Positions 24,691 to 36,934 of a stretch of DNA of 64,000 nt are shown here, one piece after another. The notes under the pieces were generated by a model. That model was not told the DNA's origin and ran no database searches. It saw nothing but the letters and a program-made list of their open reading frames with translations. The DNA comes from Flectonema sp. DT1601 (taxonomy: Eukaryota): positions 930,001 to 994,000 of the forward strand of contig OZ025801.1 of NCBI GenBank assembly GCA_964019425.1, in the 5' to 3' direction. Position numbers and translations under genes: made by a program. Each line of letters begins with the position of its first letter. Position 1 is the first letter of the stretch.

Positions 24691-26109
24691 ATGATGAAGA
24701 GAGTTGGATGCGCAGCGGCGCGTACCTATTGTACCGCCCCGTACAGCTATGTTGATATCCCAATGAGCCAGGCATACCCAACTCCAATGACAAAAAGGAG
24801 TGCTGCCAACCCTACTGATGCTGAAAGAGCTGTATTGGAAAATGGTATGAAAGTTGTCACTCAAGATCACGGACATGCGACCTCATTGATCTCATTTTAC
24901 ATCGACTGCGGAGCTATTTACGAAGAAGCTTCTACCGCTGGTATCTCTGACGTGATGAACAGAATGTTATTGAGATCTAACTTACAATCGAGTGACTTTA
25001 AGATTCACAAGTTCATGACCAACTCTGCGTCATCCCACTGGACATCATCAGTTGACCGCAGATACATCAGCGTCAAGGTTGAGTGTCGTAGAGATGTTGT
25101 TCCTCAGGTTGTTGACACTTTGTGTCAGGGTATGTTCGTTCCACGTTTCGCTGATTTCGAAATTAACGAACTTCGTGATGAGCTCGAGAACCTCGCTGCC
25201 ACTACCAAACACGACTTGAAGAAGTACGCTGTTGAGAAGTTCATTAGCACTGCCTTCTCGGGATCCCCTCTCGCTAACGGATCTTCTTGTCCATCCAACA
25301 ACGTTGACAGATTCACTACTGCTGACTTAATCAGCCGTTGGAGTTCATTCTTTACCCCAAACAGAATCACCCTTGCTGGAGTTAACGTTTCCAGAGCTGA
25401 ATTAACTGGTGCCTACAACTCTGCTGAGTGGTCAACTGCAAACACTGTTGACCACCCATCTCACCAGCTTCACGCTATTGAAGCGAATGTTAACCTTACT
25501 AACGCTTACTTTGGAGGTATTAACTCAGAGCTCACAAGAAGAACTGTTGAGTTTAAGACTCACCAGCACTACGATGATGTGTACGTTCTGTACGGAAGAA
25601 AGGGTCTACCAACCCACAACATAACAGACTTGGCCTCTACATTGGTTGCTGGTGGATCTGTTGGAGGAGTTATTGGAGAAGAGTGCGGTACCGAGGCTCA
25701 GGTCCATAGCTTTGGAGACTGCTCACTTGTTGGAGGTCTCGTAAGAGCTAGACCTGAAGATGCCACCGAGCCAGTTGAGAAGATGGCCGCTGCAATCAAC
25801 TCTGTTGATGGACTTTCTGGATCATCCCTTGACGATGCCAAGAAGGTTGCTACCGTCAACTTCTTGACAAAGGTTGGTACTCGTGAAGGACTTCTAGACT
25901 TCCTTGTCTCATCTACTTCCGCGACTGGAGCTGGCAAGTATGTTTCTTTTTTGATGTTCTACTACGCAAAGAGCAAGTATCAACAATACAACAAACAGGA
26001 CCGTATCAGACGTCGTTTCCGCCATTGAGAAGGTATCTGCCAATGACATGAAGAAGGTTTGTACTTTTAATAACTTGACCTATGTGGTTTTTGGTTGACG
26101 TGGGGAAAG

Positions 26110-26142
<33 letters not shown>

Positions 26143-26231
26143 AGTTGTCCGAAGTTATGAAGTCGGCCAACCCAACATACGTTGCTGTCGGTGACACCGT
26201 TAATGTTCCAGCTGCTGCCAAATTAGCATAG
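24691..26231 (+). CDS. Peptidase M16 family, non-catalytic (MPP-alpha / complex III core-like), 463 aa; exons 24691-25937, 25999-26056, 26145-26231
   Basis: Mitochondrial-type N-terminus, LENGMKVVT and GAIYE...AGIS. No HxxEH. Two introns restore the typical C-terminus (SAIEKVSANDMKK...PTYVAVGD). Confidence 0.8.
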
Positions 26232-26938
26232 ATTACTTCTCTTCGTTATGTAACCGTAAGTCTACTACCGCGGTAGTCATCAGTGAGATGGGCTAGTTTT
26301 CCCCTATTTTTTTCCTTTTCCCTTTGAAATTCCCGTTTTCGATGTTTCGCAGTTAGGTGAAGCTTGTGTCCTGGTTTTTTTTGGGTTTTTTTTCTTCTTG
26401 TTGTTTAGTGTTTATTTTTTATTTTCATGTTTATTCTGCGAAAGTTCATGGATCAAACCTTTTTTTATTTTTTTTGAACTTTTTTATCAATTGCCTTGTT
26501 ATTATTATTATGTATTTTTTTTTTTTTTTTTTTTTTGCAAGAACAAAAAAAAAAAAAAAAGGGATGCTGAAAAAAAAAAAAAAAAAAAAAATTAAAAGGA
26601 ATACTAGGGGGTTTTCCGGCTCTACATGAAGGGATTTTCCTCAACTTTTTTTCTTTTTTTTGCTTTTTTGGGTTATTTCATTCTCTTTTCACAGTGTTAC
26701 GGGTTTTTGCATGTTTTTTGTTTTTTATTTCCCCATCCCCGCTCCTCAATTTCTTCATGTTTTAATTTGGATTTTATGCTACCATTTGCTTGGCACTTAC
26801 GTTGTAATTATTATTAATTTTTTTATCACGTCAGATTATTGTATCATCCAATGACCTCGTTAGAAGAAAAAAAAAAAAAAAAAAGAAAAAAAAAAGTCTT
26901 TTTCATTTTATCAATATTTCGTAAACCAGGGTTAATCC

Positions 26939-27577
26939 ATGTCTCGCAATGCTGATCTCTTACTTCAAGTCGATTATGTGATAGTAATGGAAGATGGGTA
27001 CAAAGTCTACGAAGGCGACTTGTCTATTATTTGCGTCCCTCCGTCAAACGATGACGAAAGAGCAGCTGCTGCTGACGGATGCGTATTCGGTATTTGCGGT
27101 GACTACAAATTTCCTCTTACTAAAAAAGTTAAAATTGAAAAACACGGCGTTGGACGATTCGAGGTTGACATACTCGGCAAAGAATTGTGTTTCATTTTAC
27201 CAGATGAGTGTAAAGACACAGAATTGATTGAGGACACTCTTATTAGTCTCTCCTCTTACAGTGTTTCAACTAGTAGAACTCTTGACAAGGGAGTACCTTG
27301 TCAGCAAGTGGAGGAAAGTTCACGCACAAGTTCCCCCACTTCTTCCAAAAAAGAGACTGACTCGTTACTAAGTGGATTTCTTGCTTCGGCTTCTGCGGCG
27401 AAATCTCGTCTGATGAATACCCGCGTAACATCTTCTGGAGAGAAGCCTGCATCACCCAAGGCGACTGGAAAAAAAATTTCTGAATCACTCGCTTCATCGC
27501 TGTTTGATGTTGCCAAAGCAGTTGGAATTGCAGGAGGGCAGACCAGTGATAATAACTCACCGACTGGTTCTAATTAA
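26939..27577 (+). CDS. Hypothetical protein, 212 aa (weak resemblance to the region preceding the senescence domain of spartin/ERD7-like proteins)
   Basis: Clean ORF with AG ~10 nt upstream. EGDLSII...GDYKFPLTK resemblance judged by eye only. Confidence 0.6.
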   Translation: MSRNADLLLQVDYVIVMEDGYKVYEGDLSIICVPPSNDDERAAAADGCVFGICGDYKFPLTKKVKIEKHGVGRFEVDILGKELCFILPDECKDTELIEDTLISLSSYSVSTSRTLDKGVPCQQVEESSRTSSPTSSKKETDSLLSGFLASASAAKSRLMNTRVTSSGEKPASPKATGKKISESLASSLFDVAKAVGIAGGQTSDNNSPTGSN

Positions 27578-27730
27578 TGCGTTTTGACGCCTTCTGAATA
27601 TTAATAAATTCTTTTTGTTTCACTCAACTTATTGCTAAGAAATGAACACCATGTTGTTGTTCAAATTATTTGTACTCGTTAGTTGTTTCTGTCTTATTTT
27701 CACTTCTCTTTATAAGTTAAATAACAGAAA

Positions 27731-29455
27731 ATGGCTTCAATAGGGACGCAGTCTGCAGAGCAACAGGTATTTTTACATTGCTGTTGATTTTCTTTTTTTT
27801 CTTCTCCCTTTTTCAATTCTGACATTGTACGTAAAAGATTGAGATAAAAAAAAAAAAAAAATAAACACAACAGGCGGCGACGAAGAAGAGAATGACAGCC
27901 TTCATGAAGAAGCCAGAAAATAAAGAATGTTTTGACTGCACTGCCCGGAATCCGAATTGGTATGATTATGACCTTGTAATGGACAGATTGTTGTCTTTAA
28001 GCTCTTTAACATAAACACAATCAGGGCGAGTACTAATCTTGGCATATTCGTATGCATCAGATGTGCGGGTCTTCACAGGCAGTTGGGTGTACACATTTCA
28101 AAGGTAAAGAGCTGCACGTATGTTTTTGATTATTGTTTTTTCTAATTGTCATTGTAAGTAAGAAATAATTTTAAAAAAAAATCATCAACAGAATGGATCT
28201 ATGGCATCCAGAACAAGTTGCTTACATGGGAAAAATGGGCAACAAAGTCGGTAAAATGTACTACGAAGCAACCCTTCCTGGTGGTTACGGAAAGCCAACT
28301 CTCGAAGAAGAGAGTGAAACGGTAATGAAGTGGTTAAGAGTTAAATACGAACAAAAGAAGTACTGGGGAAAACCAACAGAAAGTCAGAAGGCAGAAGTTA
28401 CACCGGAGGTAAAACCAAAGGCGGCGAATAGAATTACGAGGAAAGCTTTTGTTCCAAAGAGCTCACAAATAGCGAATACGAATGGAACCATCTCATCAGG
28501 TAAGTCAACTGGTAAAACTGTTCATTCATGTTTTAGTTTGACAGATCATGAAGCTGCTCCAACTCCTGCAGTAGTTGTTCCTGTTGCAGAGGCAGTGATC
28601 CCAGTCGCAGTCCCACAGCAGAATGCTCCTCTTACAACCTTTGCAGGTCTTCACCAGACTCCTATCACAACGGTAGTTCCACAAGTACCTGTTGAGGATG
28701 AAGAAGAGTCATCTGAGTACGAAGAGGAAGAGGAAGACGAGGAATCGGAAGAGGAAGACGAGTCTGAAGAACAAGAAGCACCACAACAACCACAATCTCT
28801 TAATATTCGTAATCGAAGAGATTCATTTGTGAATTTAATGAAATTACCAAAACCAGCAGCTGTTGAAATCCCGATCATGCCGGAAGCCCCAAGCTGCAAC
28901 TCTCCTACTCCAGTTCAGACGAACCAAGTATTTCCTAGCGGACCAACAAAGACAGCAACGTCTGAGGCTTCGTTTCTAACTTTTGATGATTCGAAAACAA
29001 CTTCTGTAACCACATCAGGTGGAGACTCGTTCTTGGCAGAGTTGACGAGCAGTGGAAGTCCAACATCTGGAGGTAAGTGTTCAATATTGGATGCATTTAA
29101 TGCTCCTGCTGCTGAACAACAACCACAAGCACCAGTTAGTAGTGGACCTCCTCCATTAGCAGGTCATGGAGTTCCAATGTTTGGAGGTAATAATAATATG
29201 AATAATACTCATATGGATTCTCAATCTCTTCAATCTCAGATTCAGGAATTACAGAGACTTCAAAAGCAGATCGATCAGCAAATTGCGATGTCTCAGAATG
29301 CCTCTCCCACTGCGAACGGACCTCCTCCAATCCAAAGCAGAATTCCTACGATTCCTCAGCAAAACTATCAAATGCCTCCAACAGTAAGACCACCAGTATC
29401 TGTTAGTTCTTCTCACGTCAAGGATCCTTTCAGCGACTTGGGTTCCTTCAGTTAG
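27731..29455 (+). CDS. ArfGAP zinc-finger protein, 492 aa; exons 27731-27766, 27874-27959, 28025-28117, 28192-29455
   Basis: Three introns reconstitute [49 protein letters not shown] (C-x2-C-x16-C-x2-C-x4-R). Low-complexity tail with DAF and DPF motifs. Confidence 0.93.
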
Positions 29456-30747
29456 AGTCTTACACTGATTGTGTTTGAGGCCTCTTTACCTGTTCCATAA
29501 TTAGGGAAACCGAGATTGAGTTATTTGGTGTCTTGACACTAAATTGTAAAGACCATTTTTTTTTTTTTTTCTTTTTTTTTTTTCTTTGGTTTTTAACTGC
29601 ATATAATGCTCACATGCCTTACTATTTAGCCATAGGGAGAGGTTGGTTTTCTTTTCTCCCTTTTTGTTGTTTCCTTCTAAGAGCAGATAATGGGGGAAAA
29701 AAACTTTTTTTTTTTTTTTTTTTTTGTTGATCGATTTTTTAAAGAGTCGGTTTTCCTTGGAGAATTTACGGTTACTTGTTTTTATATCTCAAAAAAGTCC
29801 CTTTTCCCCGAAAAAAAAAAAAAATTATCTGTGTGCGAGAAAAAACAAAAATAATGATGGAGAGCGTCTCAAGCTTGATTGGATGCTGGCTATTTCGAAT
29901 TTGTGAAGTCAATTTTTGTAAGTCAGTGAGTTGAGGATACGCAAAAAAAAAAAAAACATTTTGTAATGAAACTAAACGTATCATAAGACGCAACTAAGAG
30001 GATCTTGACGCCCTAAATCCATTTTAAATTATGGATTTTTCTGATTTCGTTGAAAGTCTTTTTATTCTCTTCTTTCACAAGTTCTTTTTCTTTTCTTAAA
30101 ATCCTTCATTTTAGTCGAATCTAGGTAGCAAATTCAAGAACGAAAAAAGAAAAAAAACAAAAAAATTCCTTTTTTTGTTGAGGTTCTCAGTCAGTAACAG
30201 AAACGTTTACGATCCACAGAGAGCAGTCTTGGTACTGTCTGTGGATATCATTTCGAATTGATGTTAAAAAGCCCCTCCATGTTGCTATGCTTAATCATTG
30301 TATCTAAATAGTTTTTGTGATAGCAACTAAAAAATTGTTTACTCTTTTTTTGATTGGAGAGAGGAATCGCATTTCATAGTTTAGTTCAGATATTTTTGAC
30401 GATTGACTTGTCAGAAAGAGAGAAAAAAAAAAAAAAAGAATAAATTCTATATCCCCTCTTTCCCCCTACGTTGTACGTATTTTTTTTTTTTTTTTTTGTT
30501 TTTTTATTTTCTCTTCTTTCTGTTCGGCAGTAAAAAGTACCGTCCAGTTGATACAAGAATTATTCTTTTCCAAAGCATTTCCCGAATAATAGTTTTTCTC
30601 AGCCAACCAACAATCTCTTGAGATGGTCACCTCCGATAGCATCAACAGTAATAATTTAAGTAGTTGAACGTTAAATCAGAATTTTTTTCTAAGAAATTAT
30701 TTCACACACTCTTTTTATCACATAGACCTTATCTTATATTTAAAACA

Positions 30748-31071
30748 ATGGATTTAGAGGATCAGAAAACTCGCACTCTTGAGATGCGAAACCAATATCG
30801 AGAAAACAAACAACGACTTCAGGAAGAACAAGAAAAATTTATTAAAAGCATCTCATCGAAGGTACCGACTATCGAACAACCGTGTAAAATACAAAAGGAA
30901 ACAGTGGACAAGTGTTATAAGAAGGAATTATTTGACGGATCGGGGGAGTTATTTAGGTGCGCAGACGCAATAAAAAACTACACGAAATGCGCATGGGAGT
31001 GTAAAAGTGAATACTACACCCTCAAACAAGACATTGTACAAACAATAGATCAAAGCTATGGAGAACGATGA
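30748..31071 (+). CDS. Twin CX9C (CHCH) coiled-coil protein, Mic19/CHCHD3-like, 107 aa
   Basis: ATG at 30748. Coiled coil followed by PCKIQKETVDKCY...RCADAIKNYTKCA (two CX9C). Confidence 0.7.
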   Translation: MDLEDQKTRTLEMRNQYRENKQRLQEEQEKFIKSISSKVPTIEQPCKIQKETVDKCYKKELFDGSGELFRCADAIKNYTKCAWECKSEYYTLKQDIVQTIDQSYGER

Positions 31072-31381
31072 ACTGGTCATGTGAACTAATTGTATACCTG
31101 AAATATCTCACCTGATGGTGACTTCGAATAAAAAATTAATTTTCGAAAAAAAAAAAAAAAAACGATAATGTACTGGATACAAACGATGAGCAGTTTTTTC
31201 CTTTGCACGTTACAAATGTTATTGAAAAATAATAATTCTCCCCCTCCTCCTCATAGGGAAAAAATCATGTCAACATTATTTTAGTTATGTACGAGTGTAA
31301 TCTATTACTTAGCTTTAATCTTAATCTTTCAGTTTACCCTCCTTATAGCTCACTTATGTTTGATTAGGGTTGGTGATCCCA

Positions 31382-32542
31382 ATGACGGCAGCTGAGAAGC
31401 AGAAGATCGGCCTGCTTGGTCGATTTCAAGAGTTAGTTAAGGCATCTGAAGGAGAGATAAATAAAGTACTATTATGTGGAGCAGTAAGAGAAATACATCC
31501 AAAGAAACTCTCTGTCATGAATCTTTCTGAAACTTGTTATGATGCTGTTGTTGAGGAGAGAGGAGGAACACGGTCGAACTTACAACCACTACTAAATAGA
31601 ATTCAAGGTGAACGTCGTAGAGATAAGGATTGTGTTATAAAGGCTATCAGAGACAAGATATCAGCAAAGAAGATAACAACATTCTACCACACAGGAGTGA
31701 CAGACCCTACTCGGTACTGCAGAAAGTATCAAGAAGGAAGAAAGAAAGATTCAACCGGCAACTGGATATTTGGTACACAAATAACCATTGATGGGATTAC
31801 AATATTTATACCCGCAGTCAAGACTGATCTAAACGCCACTACCAGCATCAGCTCAAGCTCTATCATGTCAATGAAACAAGAGATTGGTTATTTTGATAAT
31901 ACGTTACTACAACAGGGATATATTGCGGTTTCGAATTACGCTAAACGACTTCTTCCTAAACTCCAACACTCTGATGTGATCCAAAGCTCTCAAGCGATAG
32001 CTGCAGATGCTGCTCGGATTCAAGTCGATCACGCACAGGAGATATTGGATCTAAATCATTACATTAAATCTGAATACAGAATGTTATCAGGACCAAGAAC
32101 AGCGCGTTTAACAAACATACGAACCGGATCCCGAGTACGAAACTCATTTGGAAAAGTTGATTTCGAAAGTACCAACAGAAGTAGTAAAGATAGCGTGATC
32201 GTATTCTCAAGACAGAAAGAGTCAGTTCAGTTGGGTGAAAGTTTGTTTACATCTGGACCTCCTTCAATGGGTGTTTCATTCTTGTTAGCTCCATCAAATG
32301 CTTCTGTTCCAAAGAAATCAAATGATCAACAACAGCTGTTAGAACTTCAGAAGTACTACTCCACTCCGATAGTGTTTGATGAGCCACCTTCTTGTTCAGT
32401 AGTTTCAAATCATGATGGATATGATCAAGTAACTGATAATGAGACCACAGATAGAAATATAATTCTCATTAAAGAAAGACAATCGCGGATTGCTCTGACT
32501 GTCACAAAGAGGCGATACGAATACATCAGACGGATGACGTAG
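31382..32542 (+). CDS. Hypothetical protein, ~386 aa
   Basis: Long ORF with coding-like composition. No recognised motif. Confidence 0.7.
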   Translation: MTAAEKQKIGLLGRFQELVKASEGEINKVLLCGAVREIHPKKLSVMNLSETCYDAVVEERGGTRSNLQPLLNRIQGERRRDKDCVIKAIRDKISAKKITTFYHTGVTDPTRYCRKYQEGRKKDSTGNWIFGTQITIDGITIFIPAVKTDLNATTSISSSSIMSMKQEIGYFDNTLLQQGYIAVSNYAKRLLPKLQHSDVIQSSQAIAADAARIQVDHAQEILDLNHYIKSEYRMLSGPRTARLTNIRTGSRVRNSFGKVDFESTNRSSKDSVIVFSRQKESVQLGESLFTSGPPSMGVSFLLAPSNASVPKKSNDQQQLLELQKYYSTPIVFDEPPSCSVVSNHDGYDQVTDNETTDRNIILIKERQSRIALTVTKRRYEYIRRMT

Positions 32543-32698
32543 TTTTTTCACTTTATCATCCTTTTCCAAGGATGATAACATATGCCATTGCTGTAACTGT
32601 TTTTTTTTTTTTTTTTTTTTTTTTTTTGTGTGTAACTTTTTTTTTTTTTTTGAAATTTATTATTTCATAGTACATCACACAGTCTACAGTGATACTAA

Positions 32699-34126
32699 AT
32701 GGCGTTATTGAAAACAGCCTCATCGTCGTTAGTGCCGAAAAGATCACCTTTGACGCCCTCACTTCAGTCTAGTGCTTCGTTCGTAACGCCCATTAGTTTG
32801 GGAAAATTGCAATCTGGGACGGCGATATCGGATGTGCCATCGGTGATTGGTAGCTCTTCGTATTTCACTGTTTGTAGAATAAAATTACGAAACCTACGTG
32901 TCGTGAAGGCGTTGGGTACTTGCAGATGTTGCATACTAGATGTTGGTGCTCATGTTAGAATATTTTACACTGGCTTTTGGCACCACGCCATCGTAAGCGA
33001 CATTGTCTGGTCACCAGATGAAGTAAATGTCGTATGTGGAGGTACAGTAATCCACTACTGGAGGGGATGTAATGGTGAGATGGATGTAATAGAAACAAGA
33101 CTAGCTGACTTCATAGATAAACAAGGTGTTGGTGCTATCGATATTGTTAAGTATTGTGATAATCAATTCTATGCTGAAGACACTTTATCATTAGCAACAC
33201 GTTGTATTGGAATGGGAAAGTACAGTGTTGTTAGTTCAAATTGTGAACATTTTGCGACTTATTGCAAAACTGGTTCTCGAGTTTCCTCCCAAGCGAACAC
33301 AATAAAAGATAGCGCGGCACTTGGAGGGGCTGCTATCGTACTCGGAACTGTAGCACCAGCAGTGTTTGGTGCTGTTACTTTTGGGATTGGAATTATTGCT
33401 GCAGCAGGTTATCATTATGCGAGAGGAAGTTCAGCTTCCAAAATCAATTCCATAATTGGTTCATCTAATGAGATGAAAGCCTCTCGTGTTGTATGTACTC
33501 GACTCTTTACGGATGCTTCTTCAACTCCTGCTAACCCAGAAATCCTCGAAGGTGTTAGCTCAGACACCATCATCGATATGAAAGAAGAACTAACACGACG
33601 ATTATGTATTGGAGGAGAATGGTTACTTTGGGGAATCTTCAGAACCTACCCAGAGCGATTCAATGATGACTTTGAAAAGGTAAACACTGACATCGACGTA
33701 CAACAACTCCCATCAATTTGTAGCCTTCGCATTATGCTTCGAAAGAGAGTTGTTCCAGCTGTTTCTATTAGTCCAAAGAGGAGGCAGACGCTGCCTTTCC
33801 CGCCTCAGGAATTAGAGCAGACAGAGGAGAAATCAGTAATTCCGTTCTTCAGTCCTTGTTCTCTGTTTGTGAGGTGTCCAATTACATCGTCTGGTAACAG
33901 TCCGCTAGACACAATTTATGTTACAGAAGAGAACGACTCAGGTTATGACAGTGATCACAATCGAGAAGATGGAAATTTAGTGCCGAATCTCCGTCTTGGT
34001 CCGAGTCGATACCTTCTTAGTCGATTTGCTTCCAGTGATTCTCTTGCTGGGTCTGAGTGGGCTGATAAATCAGCAATCGGATCACCATTAGTTTCTCATC
34101 TCTCTTCTGTTACTTTAATAGCGTAG
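32699..34126 (+). CDS. LRAT/H-rev107-type (permuted NlpC/P60) domain protein, 475 aa
   Basis: WHHAIV...VIHY...YSVVSSNCEHFATYCKTG..SSQ followed by a hydrophobic Gly/Ala-rich segment. Confidence 0.85.
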   Translation: MALLKTASSSLVPKRSPLTPSLQSSASFVTPISLGKLQSGTAISDVPSVIGSSSYFTVCRIKLRNLRVVKALGTCRCCILDVGAHVRIFYTGFWHHAIVSDIVWSPDEVNVVCGGTVIHYWRGCNGEMDVIETRLADFIDKQGVGAIDIVKYCDNQFYAEDTLSLATRCIGMGKYSVVSSNCEHFATYCKTGSRVSSQANTIKDSAALGGAAIVLGTVAPAVFGAVTFGIGIIAAAGYHYARGSSASKINSIIGSSNEMKASRVVCTRLFTDASSTPANPEILEGVSSDTIIDMKEELTRRLCIGGEWLLWGIFRTYPERFNDDFEKVNTDIDVQQLPSICSLRIMLRKRVVPAVSISPKRRQTLPFPPQELEQTEEKSVIPFFSPCSLFVRCPITSSGNSPLDTIYVTEENDSGYDSDHNREDGNLVPNLRLGPSRYLLSRFASSDSLAGSEWADKSAIGSPLVSHLSSVTLIA

Positions 34127-35069
34127 TGAGATTGTTTCAAAACAGAGTTCCCCTTAATTATGTTCATACGGTCTGTTATGTCTTTCCTTATTATTTGTTT
34201 GGGATATTTAATAGTATTTCATAACTGTCTTGATATGGATCTGTTGAATAGTGTATTCCGGATTGCTTCATTCATGAGAAACAAGTCTTGAAATAATCTC
34301 TGAGGAAACTACTGCCCAAGTAGTTCAAGGAAGAAGTATTCATGACAGCTATAATACTTTATCCCTATTCCCTATTCTTACTTTGGTTTCGTTGAGTTGG
34401 TTTTTTTTTTCTTTTTGTCTAAGTTGTTTGGGGTTATTTATCTGTACCACATGTGGTGCCTAAGAATCCCAGGCCGTCCCTTCGATTGAAAGGGCCGAAA
34501 AGTACACCAAGCCAAGTGCAAGGTCTTTCAAGACTAGTGCAAAAGAACTTGCCAAGTCTTGCGAGATGTGCTCCACTGGTAGTGTGCTACGAACCAGAAA
34601 TATTTCATTTTTTGTTTTTTTTGGGATTATTTTTTGCGAAAGTAGTGTTTCTTTCTCAAACTTTCTGATATTTATTAAATCTTGAAGTGTGTAAAGAAAT
34701 ACTACTTTTAAGCTTTAGCTGTAACGGGCTACAGGGCATGGGGAGCTCAACCTGTAGTACGTTCTTTCGTTGCAATCAAGTTTGGCCGGACCCTATATTC
34801 GTTCCAGCCAGGTTTCAAGTTGCTTTATATTTAATCAAAGTTACACCCCATTTACAATACACCCTCGTTAGTTCTATTCTATTCTATTCTATTCTTGTTT
34901 TTCTTCTTTTTTGTTTGCGGGTTTTGTTCAGTCGGTTCCTTTTTGTCATCATCGTCTTTACAGACGTCTGTTATTGTTGTTGGGAGTAGTTAGTTTTTCC
35001 TATTTCGCCTCTGTAGTAGTTACTGGTTGTGAGTTTTAACAATTTATTATTTACCAGCTCTGTATAAAT

Positions 35070-36731
35070 ATGAATGTTTACTTTTCAGTGCTTGCGGCTA
35101 CCAGAGTCGCCTATTCAATTAGCACTTCGATAGCAGACTGTGACGAGACGTTTAATTATTGGGAACCAGCGCACATGTTAATGACCGGCACTGGATTACA
35201 GACTTGGGAATACTCTCCAGACTATGGATTACGATCGTGGTTATATATTTGGATTGTGTCATGGCCTGGTATGTTAATGAGTTCGTTGGGTGTTTCTGAT
35301 AAAGTTTCAATTTTTATGGGAATCAAAACTATGTTGGCAGTCTTGTCTGCATACATCGATTCAAAATACATTACCGCCATCGGAAAACGTTTTAATTCAA
35401 CGGTTGCAAACTACACAGCAGTAGTGTTGTTGTTATCTACGGGATGTTTGTCAGCTAGTGGAGCTTTCTTACCTTCTTCGTTTTCATTGTTGTGTTTGAC
35501 GGTTGCTTTCAGTAACCAACTTGGGTTTGATGGTACCAAATCGAATATATTATATTTGTATGCTGTCGCTTCTGTGATAATAGGTTGTACTGTTGGATGG
35601 CCGTTCATAGGTCTCGTGGCGTTACCTGTTGCGCTCCACACGATAGTTGAGTATGGGCTTCTACGACCCCTCTCGGTTGTTGTCATTGCTCTTCCTGCTG
35701 CAGCAATAGCAGTGTATGCTGTAGATACGCATTATTACGGAAGACCTTTATTTTCAACGTGGGAGTTAGTAAAGTATAACGTTCTGGGATGCCTTCCTCG
35801 AAAAGATTACGAGCTTGCTGTATCTTCATCACAATTCACCGACAACCTTTTATTCAAACTTGGATGTATCCCCGATGACTCTGGATCTCGTGGTTCTCAC
35901 TTGTATGGATTGGAACCTTGGACATTCTTCTTCAAAAATCTGTTTTTAAATTTTAATATTGCTTTTATTCTCGCTCTTTGTGCTCCAATTCTGATTCTCA
36001 TTGCCGGAGGATTCGGTAAATTATTCAAAGCCTTGTGGTACATTTCACCATTTTATGTTTGGTTCGGATTTTGGCTATTAGTACCTCACAAAGAAGAAAG
36101 GTTTATGGTTCCTATTTACAGCGTGTTGTGTTTGTCTGCTGGTCTTGCTTTGGAGTCACTGGACAGTTTTTTAAAAAAGATAATTGGAAAGATAGGAGGT
36201 GTTCTTAGTTCAATTTTAGTAATGATTTTCTGCGTCTTGTCAATGCTTCGAAGCGCTGCTATGATTCGCTATTACAGTGCTCCTTTGGGAATAGCAGTTA
36301 CAATTAGTGAAATCCAAAGCGGTTCGACAATCTGTTTTGGGACTGAATGGTACAGGTTTATGTCGAATTATTTCACTCCATTAAATTCTAATATTCGGTT
36401 TATCGATCATGGGTTTAATGGAATGCTACCAAAGCCGTTTACGTCAACGTCAACAGCCCCACCAAACATGAATGACGTAAATCAGAAAGATCCAGGTCAG
36501 TATTCTCCTTTAAAGGTTTGTACTCATGTTGTAATATCTTCATTTAAATCATCCAAACCTCTTCCAATTGGAGATGACTGGGATACTGTCGTTGAGTATC
36601 CTCTTTTAGATGCGTCATCGACACCTCTTCTTGCCAGAATGTTCGATCTGTCATCTTTACCAAAACATTCGAGTATCCCACAACCTGTCTATGGAGCTAT
36701 GAAACTATTGAAGAAATCTAAAAAGAACTAA
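35070..36731 (+). CDS. ALG9: Alpha-1,2-mannosyltransferase (GT22), 553 aa
   Basis: IADCDETFNYWEP, QTWEYSPDYGLRSW, PHKEERF and EWYRF. Multiple TM segments and a C-terminal dilysine tail. Confidence 0.92.
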   Translation: MNVYFSVLAATRVAYSISTSIADCDETFNYWEPAHMLMTGTGLQTWEYSPDYGLRSWLYIWIVSWPGMLMSSLGVSDKVSIFMGIKTMLAVLSAYIDSKYITAIGKRFNSTVANYTAVVLLLSTGCLSASGAFLPSSFSLLCLTVAFSNQLGFDGTKSNILYLYAVASVIIGCTVGWPFIGLVALPVALHTIVEYGLLRPLSVVVIALPAAAIAVYAVDTHYYGRPLFSTWELVKYNVLGCLPRKDYELAVSSSQFTDNLLFKLGCIPDDSGSRGSHLYGLEPWTFFFKNLFLNFNIAFILALCAPILILIAGGFGKLFKALWYISPFYVWFGFWLLVPHKEERFMVPIYSVLCLSAGLALESLDSFLKKIIGKIGGVLSSILVMIFCVLSMLRSAAMIRYYSAPLGIAVTISEIQSGSTICFGTEWYRFMSNYFTPLNSNIRFIDHGFNGMLPKPFTSTSTAPPNMNDVNQKDPGQYSPLKVCTHVVISSFKSSKPLPIGDDWDTVVEYPLLDASSTPLLARMFDLSSLPKHSSIPQPVYGAMKLLKKSKKN

Positions 36732-36934
36732 AAAAAAAAAAAAAACAATTTTCGTTTTTACGTAACCCCCCCCATTGCAGCTACTTATGAACGCTTTGAG
36801 AACAGTGCCGTAGACACTATTTATTATTCTGTGGAGAGTAGTTGTTTTTATCTACGGTTAATCTAAACCCATGGTCGATATCTGTTATGTTTATTAGTGG
36901 CACTCCTCAATTCTTCTACCCAGTTCTTAACAAA

